DNA of 64,000 nt, taken from the NCBI GenBank assembly GCA_013265495.1, contig MU058384.1:2889010-2953009 (forward strand). The letters run 5' to 3'. Under the pieces are notes generated by a model. The model did not search any database. It was not told the DNA's origin and was given only the letters and a program-made list of their open reading frames with translations. Shown here in pieces: positions 38,074-53,274 of the stretch (within the stretch, counting starts at the first letter, position 1; every line of letters starts with the position of its first letter). The translations under genes and the position numbers were made by a program. This DNA is from Vicugna vicugna (taxonomy: Eukaryota).

Positions 38074-39785
38074 GATAGGATGTACATTTCACGTCTCTCT
38101 TTACAACTGTGTCCAGGATGAAGAAAATATTGCCAGATACTATATAGATTTTCTTTCTATTTAGAAGGTAGAGAATCTCCCTCCATAGGGTAGTAGAGGG
38201 TTTGATTAAGATTGCTCAGTTGTCAGACGGACAGTCTTGACTATCACCTTCTGACGTGCAGTGTCCTTATCCGTGTATTTTATACGCTTTTATGGCACTC
38301 TCACAGTATGCTCGGTATTGAGCTAAATGTTTTTATTTTATCATGTTTAATCTTCACAAGTGTATCATTATCCCACCTTCCAGATAAAATAACGGTCAAA
38401 ATCACGGCTCGAGAAACCAACAAAACTGGTACTGGAAACTTGCTTGTCTCCCAAGTCTGTGCTAGTGACCCCAGTGCTTAATTTAGCAGATTTTGAACAA
38501 GCTAAACAAAATCAACTGTAAGATAAATTGAAACAGTTTGACTGTGTGTGTGAGCAAGCTCCTTCCTCTGGAACAGGAGCATTGTCATGTTGGGCATTAT
38601 TAGTGTAAGTGTTCTTTTTGTTGCTAAAATCATAGTTCCTGATCCTTCTTGAAAATCAACCTGAAAAAGTCCTGGGGGAAATTAGTGCTCTTTTCAGCTG
38701 CATTTGCTTTCAGGGAACAAGATTTACGTTTTCATGTGATCTGAATGTACCATAGCAACAATACCCGAGGAGTAAGCTATTCAATTATTTGTCTTCCTTT
38801 TTTAATGCCATCATTTGGTAGGAAACTCATTTGTGTCACACCTCCACTTGGCTTTTCCCAGGTAACCTATCCAACCTCTGAGAAATATTTCAACAAATGA
38901 AAAAAGATGAGCCAGCGAATTACTTACTCCCCAGGGGGAAAAGCATGTGGCCCGTGAATCAGGGGAAATTGACTGCCCAGGGAAGAGCACACTAAGGCAC
39001 TTCAGCATGAGTCACAGAACACAGGACTATCCCATGATCATAAAAGGTGAATGAACAAAGCCAGAGTTCTTTTTATAGTTTCCATGGATGTGATTAGCTT
39101 GGGCTTGTTTCTACACAGGCTGGTGGGGCCTGGCATGGTAGGGAATGAAGGCTTGTCACTAAAGTGTTCAGAGGGACGCTCTGTCAGAGGGGAGATTCCT
39201 TCCAGGTGCGGAGGGCCTGGAGCCTGGGGGCCACCATTGGGTGAGTGGGGCAGGCATCAGCATCGATGAGGTCCTGCAGGAGGGAAGGCCTAGAGCCTGG
39301 GAGGGGGAGCGATGGAGACCCACAGAATCACAGCACTGGCAGGAGGTGCTGGCTGGGGATAGGTGCCGGAGGACCTCGGTCCTGGGAGAGCTGGGGAGAT
39401 CAAGTCTACCAGCTGAGGTGTAAGGGGACCGCTTGTCCCTAGGAGCTGTATGTCTGTCCTTGGGAGGCCCTCTGCTCGGCACCTAGGAGCCATCCAACTA
39501 AGTATTTGCTGAGTGACTATAGAGTCAGAAGGCAGGCACCTAGTTGCTGAATGGAGGGCACACGGTGCCAGCAGGTCTCCGAGTGGAGCTGAATTCTCGT
39601 TGAGTCACCTGAACACTGACTAAGGCCGTGGATATCCCAGCGCCTAGGGTGGGGCTGAACCTGCAGGTGGCGGTCAAGGGCCCAGGTGGGGGAAATAAGA
39701 GAGATGAGGAGGAGGCAAGTAGCTCCTTATTCATTCTTTGTCAGCTTTACCTTGCTGTTAGGTCTTCACTTTTGATCAAATGCCC

Positions 39786-40147
39786 TGTCTTAGCCCATTC
39801 AGGCTGTGATAATAAAAATGCCAAAGATTGTGGCTTATAATCAACAGAAGTTTATTTCTCATAGTTCCAGAGGCAGTCCAAGATCGAGGCGCTGGCAGAT
39901 TCAGTGTCTGGTGAGGACTCGCGTCCTGATTCACAGATGGTCTTCTTGGGGGGCGAAAGTGGAGGGGATGGGGATAAGGGGTCTCTCTGGGGCCTCTTTC
40001 ATAAGAGCACTGATCTCTTCCAGGAGGGCGCTTCCCTCTTGATCTAATCACCTCCCAAAGGCCCATCTCCAGTTACCAACACAGTAAGGATTAGATTTCA
40101 ACCTACGAATTTGGTGGGGGAGGAACACAAACATTCAGTCCATAGCA
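39786..40147 (-). mobile_element. MaLR solo LTR (MLT1A-like)
   Basis: Minus strand begins TGCTATGGACTGAATGTTTGTG; motifs tttatttctcatagttc, tccaagatc and ctaatcacctcccaaaggccc. Confidence 0.8.
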
Positions 40148-40559
40148 CATACTGAAATGGTCTGCACGTTTGATCAAACACCTTGAAAAGTTTTGTCAGT
40201 TTCCTCAGTTTCCATGAAGCCAAGATGGCGGAGTCCTTTTAGGTAAGTCACATGCCCCAGATGTCCAGGGTTCATAATCTTCAGAGCTACCGTTCAGTTT
40301 CAATTAAACGCTTGCGCTGTGACTGTCACTGGGATGAGTCCACAATTGACAGTATCTCTACTCCTCTATCTAATTCTTAAAGGTAGATGGTATTGGACCC
40401 ACGTTACAGATGAGAAACCTGCATTAAGGATTAACTTCAGCGTAACATCCAAGGCTGCATGCATAGGAAGTGTTGGAGCAGGAGTGTCAGGCTCAGAATC
40501 CAACATCTTTCTTCAAACCTCTCTGACGTGGCCCCCTAAGACTCTCACGTGCAGACAGA

Positions 40560-40960
40560 TTACTGGTTAAAATGCAGCTTCTGGTTCAGATTCTAAGATG
40601 GGGCCCACGACTTTGCTTTTCCAGTGAGCTCCCTGGTGAGGCTGACGCTGTTGCTCTCTTAACTACACAGTGAGTGGCAAAGGTCTAGAGCAGGGGTGGC
40701 TGGAGAGTCAGCACGTTTGGCCCTGTGGGCCACCGGGTCTTCGTCGCATCTAGTCAGCCCTGCCGGGGTAGTCCGAAAGCAGTCATCAGCATTACGTAAA
40801 GAAACACATATGGCTGCATTTCTGTCACCTTTTTTTATGGAGACTAATGCTTGACTTTCATATAATTTTCCTATGTTACAAAGTACTATTTTTCTTTTGA
40901 TTTGTTTTTAACCGTTTAAAAATGTAAAAAGCATGATCGGCTCGTAGGCCATTGTTTCTT
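40560..40960. mobile_element. hAT-Charlie remnants (MER5-like then MER58-like)
   Basis: ggggcccacgactttgc...ctccctggtgaggctgacgctg...tctagagcagggg; ttcatataattttc...ttttcttttgatt...ccgtttaaaaatgtaaaa. Confidence 0.55.
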
Positions 40961-43900
40961 GTCTCCCAGTCAGTCTAGAAATATAGTGGTCTTGCTCTGA
41001 CAGAGGTAAAGAACTTACCAAGGAGGATGGTCTGGGTCTGAGGTTTTGTGAGATCGATACCAACCACAATGGTTGGCAGACAGGGGGCTGAGCCGGGAGA
41101 GCAAAGGCCGTGGGGATAGGTCCACTTTCGTCACAGACCTTGTCATTTTCAGTGAGGGGGACACAGGGAAGCCTTTTAGTCTTAGTGTCTTGGTTTCCTA
41201 ATGTGCAAAGTAGAACTGAAAAGAGTACCTTCCTCCCAGGGTTATTGTGAAGATGAAAAGAAATGAGATAACGCAAAGAAAGCTTCTGTGATATCCAGCA
41301 GAGATGCATTGTGATGTTAGAATTACAATGTTAGCATCAATGGCTGAAACAGGATGTGAGGACAGGTGCCCACAGAGCCCATCAGCTCAGACTACGTGAG
41401 AGGGAATTTGCTGATTACATTGTGGGTGTAAACAACTGTCCAATTTTGAAGAAAACACAGTGAGGAAGCAAGAACAAAATACAGAAAGTGGGGGCAAGGT
41501 CAATGCAGAGCCCATGTGAAGATGTCTATTTAAGGCAGACAAGGGAAACCCTCTAGAAAATGTCCGCATGGCTGGCATGAATTTAATAATAACACTTAAC
41601 ACTGGCACAGCTCTTACCATGTACTTGGTGATGTTCGAGGGCTTTGGTATTAATTTAATAATGATAAATGGCTGACATAGTACTCACCATGTGTGATTGG
41701 TAACATTCTAATGTTTATAAGCAGTAATCTATTTAATTCTCATGGTCACTTAATAAAGTTGGCACTATAATTATCCCCATTTGACAGATAAAAAGCTGAG
41801 GCAAAGAGAGGGTAAGGAACATGCCCAAGGTCACTGTTTCTTTAAGTGGCAGCACAGTCTGGTTCCGGCGTCCTGCCTTTCCATCATCACGCTGGAACTT
41901 TGCACTCCTGGAGCATTAGGTTCTCTGGAAAAAATTAGCTTGGCTGGGCAAGGGGATGTGGGGTGGGGGATCTTCTCCCAGGGAGCAAATGGGGTTCCTG
42001 GGCTTTTACAATTTTATGCCACTGGGTTGTGAGAGGTAGCAAATCTGATACCTGTAGAAATGGAAACACTTTCTTGGTCTTTGTATTTCACATTTACTAA
42101 GCACCCAAGCCAGAGTCCTGTTGTAGCCAAATGGCATGCAGTACAAGTTCAGACTAGTGTGTATCTGGATGTAGATTCATTTTCAAAAGCAGGTGCGGGT
42201 GGCAATCATATTTTGGCCTGTTTTCTGTGTGGGTGATGCCCCTGGTCTCATATGTGGACTGTGCACAGGCAGCATGAAACAGAAAGATGCTCATTACGGA
42301 GCAGAAGGAAATGTCACTTGAACCAGGTCTTCTGAAATTAGTGCCTCGGATTACTTGGATCCGATGAGTCTATAGAAAACTTTGGGTGATTCCCCACATC
42401 ATGATTATTGTTTTTTCCCATCAGTTGTATTCTAACAATTAAACAGAACTTTTCGTATTGAATTTGGAAAAGGAAATTTTAATAAGGGTATTCCCAATGC
42501 TGTGTACCTCAGAGAATTTGCACTGGAAAATTATCTCACTCTGTGTGTCCATATTTGGTAGCTTCCTCATCTGTGAGATCAGAGTTCCTGGATATTCCAG
42601 AATTGCTGTTACAGCCTTTTTTCCCCCCTTTAATTTGCAAGAGGAACACTGAACCTAGAAATGCTGTGTTACCTCTTCTCAAAGGATAAAGAATGGTACA
42701 TGAACTACCTAGCTTTATGGTTATAAAAAACTATTCATAAGCTTTGACCATGATCCAGTGTCAGCTTTCCCAGTTAAGCAAAACAATCCCAGATTCTCTG
42801 AATTCTCCAAGAAATCCTTCTAGCTGATTCATGACTGAATAACTTTGCATTCTAGCTCTGCACATAATGAATGTTGTATTAATAGAAAATAATAAATTAC
42901 ATTAATATTTTATTAATATCATGGTTGTCATTAATAGAAGGACTTCACGCATAATGCATTTGTGCTGTAGACTTACTTTCAGGTTTTTTTTTTAATTGAC
43001 TTAGTACTTAGAGTTTTTTTTAATGGAATCTATTTCAGTTTTATAAGAAATATTCCTTCAGTGGCTAGAAGGCAGAGCTTACTTAATTTCTATGGAATAT
43101 GCAGCCAAGAAAACCACTGGAAAGAGTTGTTTAGTTAAATGAGAGTCAGAGAAAGAGTCCTGAGTTGCTTTAAACATGCTTTGGAGCAATTTCTTAATAT
43201 GTTATGAGAGTGCAGCCAATTGTAAAAATACATGGAATACCAGGAATTCCTATCCTCGGTCCAGCCTCGCTCATAAACACTGGGTGACCTTTGGTAAGTA
43301 GCTGGGGACAGATGCTTACGGCAGCAAAGTGTTGATTTTGTGTTCTAGAAAGAGATTGTTCATAATTCAACTCCAAAATACCCTGTTAACTAACATTTGC
43401 TTACAGGAAACTAGAAAAGAAAAACCACAGGGGAAAAAAGGTTGCTCAAATACATTTTCTAAAATGTTTTTAATTTGAAAAGAAATTCTTGAGGCAAATG
43501 ATTTTTACAGGTGTTTGGACATCCAGTAAATAGAAAACCTGACCAACGTTATAGTCTGGGGGATACAGAGTAATTTAGTAATTTTAAGTTTTGGTTCCCT
43601 TTGGTTAGATAAGGAATTTATTAGCCTTTATTAGGAGATACAGAGATATAACTGCCAAAAGTCTATGCTGAGCAATCCAGAACAGTATACAATTAAGTAC
43701 TATTTTGTGGTCCTGATTATCAAATGCAATCAAATTCAAAGGAGGCTACATTAGCAAGGCAAGAAATGACCCTGTCTTGTGGAGCCATGTCTTAAACGAC
43801 AGGGACAATGACAGATGGGTTCTGGAGGAGGGTAAGGGTCTTTGGGGAGAGGAAAGTTATGTAGGCCAAGTCACTGAGGTGGAAGATGAGCTCAGCAAGC

Positions 43901-45399
43901 TAATGGGAAGGTTAAAAAATCCAGCCTGAGTTGAGTAGGAAAAGTCTGGTCACATAGAGGCCACTGCAAGTCACCAGAGGACGTTAGCTTTGTTCAGGAA
44001 AGGAGAAAGGAGTCTGAGAACATTTTTAAGCAGGGAAGGGCTATGATAAAAATGGTGTTTAAAGAAGAATGATTTGGCAGTGGCATACTCTGGCCAAGAT
44101 TGAAAGGCAGTCCTTTGGACAGAAGCTTCTATTTTTACAGACTGTAGCATCTTAATTCGAGATTAGCTCTCTTGACAACCAGTGAACCATTTTCCTCTAC
44201 CTTTATTTAGACAGTTTACCTAATAATTTAAATTTATTTAATTCAATGTCTTGGATCAAAATACTCCATACAATTGTACTGCGCCACTTCTGGTCCTCTG
44301 AGCCAAGGGTAGATAAAAACACATACATTGGTACCCTATTAGGAACGGAGTTGTATTGGTAGACAAGGTGGATATGGTGATTGCCCTCAGACAGCTTGCC
44401 CATTGGGAGAGATTGGTTGTAAGCAAACCATTAAGAAATAATTTGTTACCATGGTGGCAAGTGCTAAGAAGTGCGAGGTAGTTTTGGGAAATCTAACAGA
44501 GGGTTCTAACACAGATTTATGGCCCAAGGATTTGGGGAAAGTCTCTAGGGGGAAGTGACATTGAAAATGAGCTCTGATTGGAGTGGAGGCAAGGAGACTA
44601 GGAGCTGAAGTGGCTTCGAAATTCTAAGAAGAGGAAATTACACTTGTGGGGGCCCTGGGGTGAAACAGAGTCCAGAACATTCAAGGAACTGAAAGAAGGC
44701 CAGCTGGACCCGAGTGGCAAGGCACAGCCTGAGCTGGATGGAGAGAGACTGGAAGGAGACAGATGGCACCCGGTCTTAAAAACCACAATAAGGGCTTTCA
44801 GGGCCCTGCTCCATCTTCCTCAATGTGCGCCTCCCCTCCCCCTGCCGAGAGTCCCAGTGACTTCAACATCCACATTTCACATCAGGTCCTCAAACTGACT
44901 GCATCACTTTGGTGCAAATAAACTGCAGCTGAACATGGCCACACCTTGAATTGAAAGTCACCTGCCAGTGCTCCATCTGCATTAGCCCAAATGCTGAAAT
45001 GCTCTGTGTGACCATAGGCACGTCTCCCTCATCTTCTCCTGAACTGCTGTTTGACCTCAGAGCACCTTCTGTGCTTCACTCTTCCTGATCTCCTGCTCAG
45101 TCCCTGGGCTCTTCTCTGACTTCGCACCTCATAGCCCAGCCCAGAGCTCTACTGCACTTTCAACCAGACCCTTCTTATTCTCTCACGGCTCTTTCCGCTG
45201 GGCCCTCTCTGACTCATATCCCCACACCTCACTCCAGAATAAAAATGAGCCTGTTTTCTCTGCTCCACTCTTGAAGTTTGCTGGGAAACGTAGATCACCT
45301 CCACGTTAGTTTACTGCTCATACATGTTTCTACTTGACCCTCAGTTCTCTTGACAACCATTTTTGGCTGATGGCTTATTTCATTCCTCCTCACCACCTT

Positions 45400-47660
45400 C
45401 CGACTTTCACACTTTAGCTTCCTACCCCAAGCCTGCTCTCCTGTCACATTTGCTTCCTGTTTCCGGGGTTGGCACCCCATCTGTGAGTCACCCATGCCAG
45501 GAACCCAGAGGTCCTCTAGACTCTCCTTTTCTCACGCTCACGTTCAGACAGAGGCCAAATCCCCCTCATTTCACCACCTTAGCCTCTCTTTTCAGTTTCC
45601 TTCTCTCTATCCCACCAGCTGTTTCCCAAATGCAGACGAACACTTTCCTTGTCTTAATTGTCTTCCTTGCCTCTCATCTGGAATTCTTCCAATACTTCTT
45701 CCACATGGCCTCAGAGGTGACATCTAACCTTGTTATTGCTTTGTTTCAAACTCTCCAATGACACCCATCACGTATAGGAGCAAAGTCCACCCCCCCTTAA
45801 ATAAGTGCCTTCTGCCCACCTCTCTGACCCTTCTGTTCAGGTGTGTCACCCTGTTCTCCTGCCTTGTTCCACCCTTGAACCTGATAGTCTGTCCATTCAA
45901 ATTTGCCCTTCTAACTCACTGTGTTCTGAACATCCCTCTGGACATGGCGCGTCTCTGTCCAGAGTGTCTTTCGCCATCCAGGTTACTTCCCAGAGATTTG
46001 CTATCTTTTGAGATTCAGCTGCCAAGTTACAGGAAGCCTTTTCTGGACCCCCATCTCTCCCTCCTCCACAGATAGTCCTGCCATGCCCTCCCTTCAGGCC
46101 CCACTCCACCTAGTGCATCTTTCTATCAGGGCCCCTATTACACTTAGTTGCAATAATTTGTTTTCAAATCTCTGTTCTTCAAGATGGTTATAAGCTCTCT
46201 GTGTTACTTGACTCTGCAGGTTTTGTCCCCAGCACAGTTCCTGACCTGCAGTGGCAACTCAGGTCAGCAGACCAAAGGATAGTCTCTTTGTTTTGGCAAT
46301 GATCTTCCAGTCTACCTCACTGAGGTGAACTTCTCCTGTAGGACCCTCCCCTCTCCTTCCTCTTCCTTCCTCTAGAGAAAATTATTTACGTCTCCTCTCT
46401 TCCCTCAATCCTGTTTTGAGGAAGAAGTGTCCCTGACCCTTTCGAAGATTCATCTCAACTCCAAGGCCCTGGAACTAAGATGGTCCCATTTCCCTTGCAC
46501 TTTCCTCCATAAATTATTGCTCCTCTATCTTACACATTTTGTTTCTTTTTCTCCTTTGATTTTTCCTTCCAGCCTGCAAATGGGCTCAGTCTCTCCTATG
46601 AAAACAAAACACACCCACCTTCTTCAGCTCTCTCCTGGTCATCTGGTCCATGATGCTTTCTCTTCCACACAGCCCCGCCCCAATGCCACTCTCACTTGTT
46701 GAATTACCTTCTTACCTGCACTTGTCACAGCACTGTTAAGTTATTTTCCTGTTAACTCAGTTTTTTGTCCTCAATAGAATGTAAGCTCCACGAGGCCTGA
46801 GATGTACCCCGATGTCTGGTGCAGCGCTGAGGCCCAATTTATTTAATTTGTCTGTGGGATAGATTAATGCATGAGTAAGTGAATGAATAAATGAAGAAAT
46901 GAAACTGCTGTCTTTGCCGCCAATGCACTTTGAATTCTGCACTCTTCCCGTGCTCTTTCCTGCCCATTCTGGTTTTAGCCTCTTGCTCTAGTGAAATTCC
47001 TCTTTCAGAGTTTGCCAGTGACTCCTTTATTACCAGACCCAATGGCCTTGAGATTTCTGTGGCATTTGATAAACCTTTCTTGAAATTCCATCACTGGGTT
47101 CTGGGAGAATGTCCTAACCTGGTGTTTCTCCTACATTTCTGGTCTCTCCTTCTCTGCCTCTTTCTCTGGCTCCTCCTCCTTCACTTGGCTTCTTATTTGT
47201 TTTCTGGGAAGTAGTTTTTTGGAATACTACACAACCCATCCCAGAGATGTCAGTGTGATTTCCAGGTGAGGGAGCCACAAACCTGCATCTCTATCCTCAG
47301 CATCTTCCTGAGCTCCAGGTTGCCTGCTTTATATTTCCAAATGAGGGTCCTACTGGTTACCCCAAATCCACTGTGCTTCAAAAACAGATCTATAAATAGC
47401 ACTCTTCCTGTGCTCCATTTGTCAGCCAATGAGAGTGCACCCTCATCCCCACCCTGTTAACATGGACTTATATTGAGAATCAGCTCTGTTTGTTCTCTAG
47501 GGCTCCTCCCACTAATGAGTCACCAAGTCCTGTCAGCTCTCCTGTTGCAAGATCTGTCTTTAATCTCCATCCTTTCTCTCCCTTTGTAACCCAGCCTTCA
47601 CATTACCTCTAAAGCAATCTTCCTGAGATACCAATTCTGGTCACCTCAAGCTTCTGCTCA
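45400..47660. mobile_element. Cluster of degenerate L2 LINE fragments
   Basis: Pyrimidine-rich L2-like tracts (agaatgtaagctccacgagg, tgagtaagtgaatgaataaatgaa, caccaagtcctgtc). Boundaries approximate. Confidence 0.5.
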
Positions 47661-49012
47661 AAAAACTGATTGTATAGAAAACTTTTGAAAGGATTAATAA
47701 GAAAGTGTACTATTTGAATTTTGTACCATGACCATGACTTAGTATTATAATTTTATAAAAATCTACTTTGAAATTCTTTTTCTTGTCTACCAAATCAATT
47801 TACAAGGTTCTCCACTAAACCTTCATGTCCATCCACAGTATAATCCCAGCCTAACTTTCCACCTTTATTCTTCACTTACTCTATGTTTTAGCCAAATGGA
47901 TTATTCATTATATATGCTCATGTGTATTTTTTTGATTCATGGTTGAACTGGTATATATATAGGAAATTTGTGGAATAAAAAGATGTGTTTCATTACCTTA
48001 AAGCTTTTGTCTTCAATAATGTTAATCTGCACATACCTAGCTCAGAAAAATAAACCTGAAGTACCCATCTACAGCTGTCATCTGTATTGGAAATGAAATC
48101 ATAACTCTCCCATAGCACAACTCAAGTTCCTTGAGATATACTTACCTCTGAAATGGGAAGACTGGCGGCCCCTCAGGACCTCCATGTGTGCCATTTTTCA
48201 GATGCCTGGGAGCCACCACGGCAGTGACGAGTTATCTCCAGCCAGTTTGCTGTTGGGCTGCTGTTTTCCCAAATCACTAGATCCCAGGATCCAGGGTCCA
48301 GGATCCAAAGTATGAGGGACGTCTTGCAGTTAGTCATTCTACTTTCCCTGCTATAGGTGTCAAGTCTCAAGTAGGCAGAGCAAACATTTTGTTGTGCCAG
48401 CCAACCATCTCTTCCCACTTTGCTATCCACATGCCCTACTTTTTCAGGGTGCTAGGTTTCTCAGTTAGCCAGAGGCTGACTTCAGTACATGTTTGCTCAG
48501 CTTTGCTCCCATCGCAGGGGGAGCATCCATCTCCAAAGAGAAGAACAAGCTGTGCTCCTGCCTCTTTCATGAGCTCTGTGCTTTCCTTGTTCATCCCCAA
48601 CTATAATGTTATCAAAGGGAAACAGAGCTGCCCATTCCACTGGCGTCTTTTTAACATCTATTCCTTACCCAGCCCTGGGCTATATATTAAATTCCCATCT
48701 CAAGGATGAATGAGCATTTGGAATATATTTTAAAAATATTTTAAAATCATTTTATTGTTTTCTTTTTAGCTACAGAAATGTATTAGAAAAACAATACATT
48801 TTTCTAATTTACTACACAATTACTCTACCGCTGTACAACCACAATACTACAATAGTAGAGTGATTTGTAAATCATTAAATAGGCTATTCCAGGAAAGCTA
48901 ACAACCTTTAATAATTTTGTTTTTACAGGAAAACATATTTTAGGTTTCAAATAGCCGAAAGTATGCAAACTTTTGGAGCATACAATTACAGATGTTATGA
49001 TTTCAACTTTCT

Positions 49013-49206
49013 AATATATATAGTCTAATATATGTATATTATATACAAATAAATATAAATGTATATTTACCTATATGTGTTATATATATTCATCTATGTG
49101 TATATGTTATATATTCTAATATATGTATATTGTATACACATAAATATATATTATACATTCTATATATGTAAATATATATTATATGTAAACATATATTTAC
49201 ATATAG
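49013..49206. repeat. (TA)-rich low-complexity tract
   Basis: Imperfect TA/TATG repeats. Confidence 0.85.
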
Positions 49207-52200
49207 ACAAAAACACTGGGTGGGAACATAAGAAAAGTTGTTAATGTACAAAGTGCTGAAAAAATATCCTTCTTAATGTTATATTATTTGTACAATTAAA
49301 AAATAACTTTAGCAATAGGCTAAAGAAATGATCATCTCCTCTCTAAAGGTGACCCCACCCCATCCTCACACAATACGTTTTTCTGTGTATCTTACATACA
49401 CACCTTAATATCATTGTCTTATTGTGACATAATTACTTGCTTATATGACTATTTTTCCAATGACCTGTGAATTAGTTAAATGACCTGTGAGGATTATCTC
49501 TGACTAGTCTTTGTATACTAGCTCACATACTAGGCCGTGGCACAGAGGAGGCATTTGCATTGTGCCAATTATTGAATGAATGAAAAATGAATGAATAGGT
49601 AAATTTCTTCATGTGGTCCCACATTCGGGGGAGTAACACATTTACATATCTAGCCAACTGTGATCAGAATACATGAACGTCACCTACAATGTCTTAAACT
49701 TTGGCCTAAGAAGAAAATAACCTCCTTTGGAGTACGAATGTACAAGTAATTTACAAGTGAGTCTGGAGGAAGTGTGGACAAGAGATTTGGGGTTTGTTCC
49801 TTTGGTACATTCCCTGACTTCAGGCCTCAGACATTTTCAGTTCCTCAATTTTTGTTTTCAAATTTTCCTAAAGCTGTTGAAGTGATAAAATTGTTTCCTT
49901 TCTCCAAGGTTTTAAAAATTCTTGAAATGAACATGTATTACTCTGACCATGAGGATTCTGATGGAAATATTATCAATGATGACTGCTTCCGTGGCAGTGG
50001 AACAGAGGCTCAGGCTAGGAGTGAAGATTAGGACAGGGCTGCAGGGCCCTCATTTAAGGGAGCAGATGAAACTCAAAGAGAGGAAAAAGTAGGGGTGAGG
50101 ACTAAATAAAGGTCCACTGCGAATGCCCGTGATAAAAACAAATAAAATGAAACCCTTAATCAAACAAGTCAAATATTATAAACAGAGTGGCGAGAATCAT
50201 TTAGTTTAGTATTTCCTACATCTGTTTGATAACAAGAATCACCAGAAGCTATCTGTTAACAACAGAGATTTCTAGATTTCTCTCATATCAGAGTCTTTGG
50301 GGCAGAAACCTGGAAACTGGTACTTTTAATACATTGCCTCTGGTGATACTTAGCAGCAGGCAAGCTTGAAAAGCGTTGAATCGACTCATTATAATTTCCT
50401 GATGCGGAATTTAAAAGGTAAAATCTGCTAGTCCTCCTGCCCATATATCCACACATACATCAGTGCCTATAGAGGCATTGATCCATTGATTGATTTATCC
50501 ATCCATTTGTTCATTCATTTCTTTCTTTCATTCAAAGGCATATTCACTAAATGTGAATGTCTGTGATGGGAGTAAGACTGTATGCACCACCGCTGCGGGG
50601 AGTCAAAGGAAATAGAAAATTCAGTTGCACACTCTACGTTCCACTACTTGATATAATTTACAAACTAACAAACTTCCATGGGTGTTTTGAGTTTGTTACC
50701 TAACTACATAATCAGGCAGGTTTTGTGTGTGTGTGTTTTGTCTAGTTTGCTGGCTTGTTATTAAACACTCATCAAGTGAAGTCAGATAGTCAAACTGAGT
50801 CATTAAGTTCCTTAAGAAAGTCCCTAATCCCTCTTCCACTTGGGAATTTTGAATCTGAAAAGTTCAAGTATTTTATGTATGATATGTTCTTCCTAGAAAA
50901 CTATTTGCACAAACCCCTACACTCCTTCAACCTGTGTATTCAATGTATTGACACTAAGCCACACCTGGGAAATCTTTGGCTTGAATCGACTATAACTTTG
51001 ACACTGTGATGATTTTCCCAGCACCTCTTTAATTTTTGGTTAGGCTACTTTTTGATCTCAATTAGTTTCTTACGTTTTGAGTGTTAAGTTTCTGGGTTGT
51101 AAATAAGTATGTTGTATTTTCTGGGATGCACACACTGTACCTATAGTATTATTAATAAATTAATATGGCTCTACCTGAAATGGATTAAGAAAAATAAGTC
51201 TAAAAACACGAATGGATGCGTCTAGTAAGGATGTATATTGCACTTGGATTATGTGAGGCATTCACATGTTTCTGGGCCTTCTCATGTGCTCATTCTTAGG
51301 GCAGAGCTAAGCGTTTAGCAGGCAGTAATACCTAATAACTCTGATAATAAATACTGAAAAGTTTGTGAATATGGTAGGAATTCCTCCGCTGGCTGGTAAA
51401 CTTGCTGAAGGGAAAGACCTTGCTTTACTCACTCCACAATACCTGATAACACAGGATGGCGCTTAGGAGGTATTCATAGATATTGATCAGACTTGAATTT
51501 GATTAAGAAATGCCTAGGAATGATTGCTCTCTCTGTGCCTGATGGCCAAAAGTGGGGTAACCAGTCCTTATGCAGGTTATAATTTCTATTTTCTTTATTC
51601 CTCTATTTCATTGGTTAAAAGCAACCATGACAAAAATCTTTGGTAAATAAGCTTATAAGCTTATTATAATAGTGTTCAGTTTACTTCTTATGAAGCTTTT
51701 GTCAGTCTCCCAGGCATCATTTCCTAACATGGCAAATAGTGGGTTTTAGAGTAGGTTTTCTTGATTTGGTTTTACTATTAGTTACTTCTAAAATGTCCCA
51801 TTTTCACTACCAGAAGTTGCTCACTTTTGTTGGGAGCTGTGGTTATTAAGGAAGGGGAGTTCCTCTAAGGCTAGTAGCACTTTGGAATCCCCAGGGATGG
51901 TCCATGACAAAGGAGATTAGAATTCTGAAGCAAATGCCCTTCAAACCACAACCAGTCAATCATCTGAGTCATAGTCACCAACCAGATCAGCCTGAACACA
52001 GAGAGGAAAAAAAAGGATGAAATCCTCATAAAAGTACAGTATAACCAGTAGAAAATCATTCAGTCATGCTTTAGAATTTTGAGATCGCCAACCCATTTAA
52101 ATATTTCTAAACTTTTCCAAAGAGGCTGCTATATCAAGGATCTGCTGGAAACTTGGCTACACTGTATCAAGTATTGTTATTTTTATGTATTTTGTTGAAC

Positions 52201-53274
52201 ACATACTCTTTAAATTGGTTTCTCTTAGTTTTTTTTTTCTTCAAAAGAGGTTTTTGCTGACATTCTAAGCTTCAGATTAGTTAAGTTAATTTTTAAAGAT
52301 GTCTACATGTCTAATGTAATTGTAAAAAATTGAATTTATTTGAAAAATATAAGCCACCATATCATTTGTCAGAGGTCTATGTGAGTGACTGGTCTGAGTG
52401 GACATGGAGAACACTGCCAGGCACTTTGGTCATTGAAGAGTTTCTAGCAGGGGACCTCATGTTACCATAGAGAGCAATAAAAACCAAGGGATAGTCAAAT
52501 TAACCTTGTCTTTTTTTTTTTCAGAAATAACTTAGGAATTAGTGTTTATGAAGATAGCTGACTATTTCTGGCTGTAACTGCGAAGGGTCTTCTCTCTGTC
52601 CTGCACTATGGCCCAGTATCCACACACACAAGTTACCTGATCATGGATGTCTTGTCCAATTTTAGCAGCTGTCACTGCTACCTGCTCCAAACTTGGCTTT
52701 AATTTTTTGTATTATCTTTTGCTCTCTTGAGCAAAAGTCCTTAACACATAAGGAATATAGTGCAATACATAGAATTCCGGTTTCATGACCTTTGATTTGT
52801 ATGCCAACTCTAGATTCCTGGAGGTGGGATTTGGGGCAAATGAGTTAACAGGCTCCCTCCCTCCCTAGTCCCTCCTCATAAAGTCATCCTGATCTCTAAA
52901 ATGCAGGACGTAAGACTGACCTTCCAGAATTGTAAAGTGTAGGTGAGAAAACATAGTGCTACTTTCCCAGCATAATGTTGGCAGTTAATAAACCAATGAA
53001 TGTTAACATCCAAGGAGGAAAAGCAGGTGAGGGAATCCTAAGACCCCAAAAGTCCTGGCTCCAGCATTTACTACCTGCCCCAATTCTCCTAACCATCCCT
53101 TTCTCTCTCAGCCTCAGTTTTCTCATTTATAAAATGGACAGAATATTCCTTAATCTTCCTCACTGAGTTAAGTGGCTTAAGGAAATACTTTTTGTGAAAT
53201 TACTTTATAAAAACTATAAGACATCAAAATGATTAGTATGATTACAAAGTTTTGAGGAGTTAATTTTTAGGGGG

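Noticed and set aside
39660..39673. CTCF-like CCTGCAGGTGGCGG
   Set aside because: Single imperfect motif with no supporting context; such matches are common by chance.
49059..49244. Tyr/Ile-rich ORF, and similar His/Ile and Cys/Ile ORFs at ~56000-56245
   Set aside because: Translations of TA and TATATG microsatellites.
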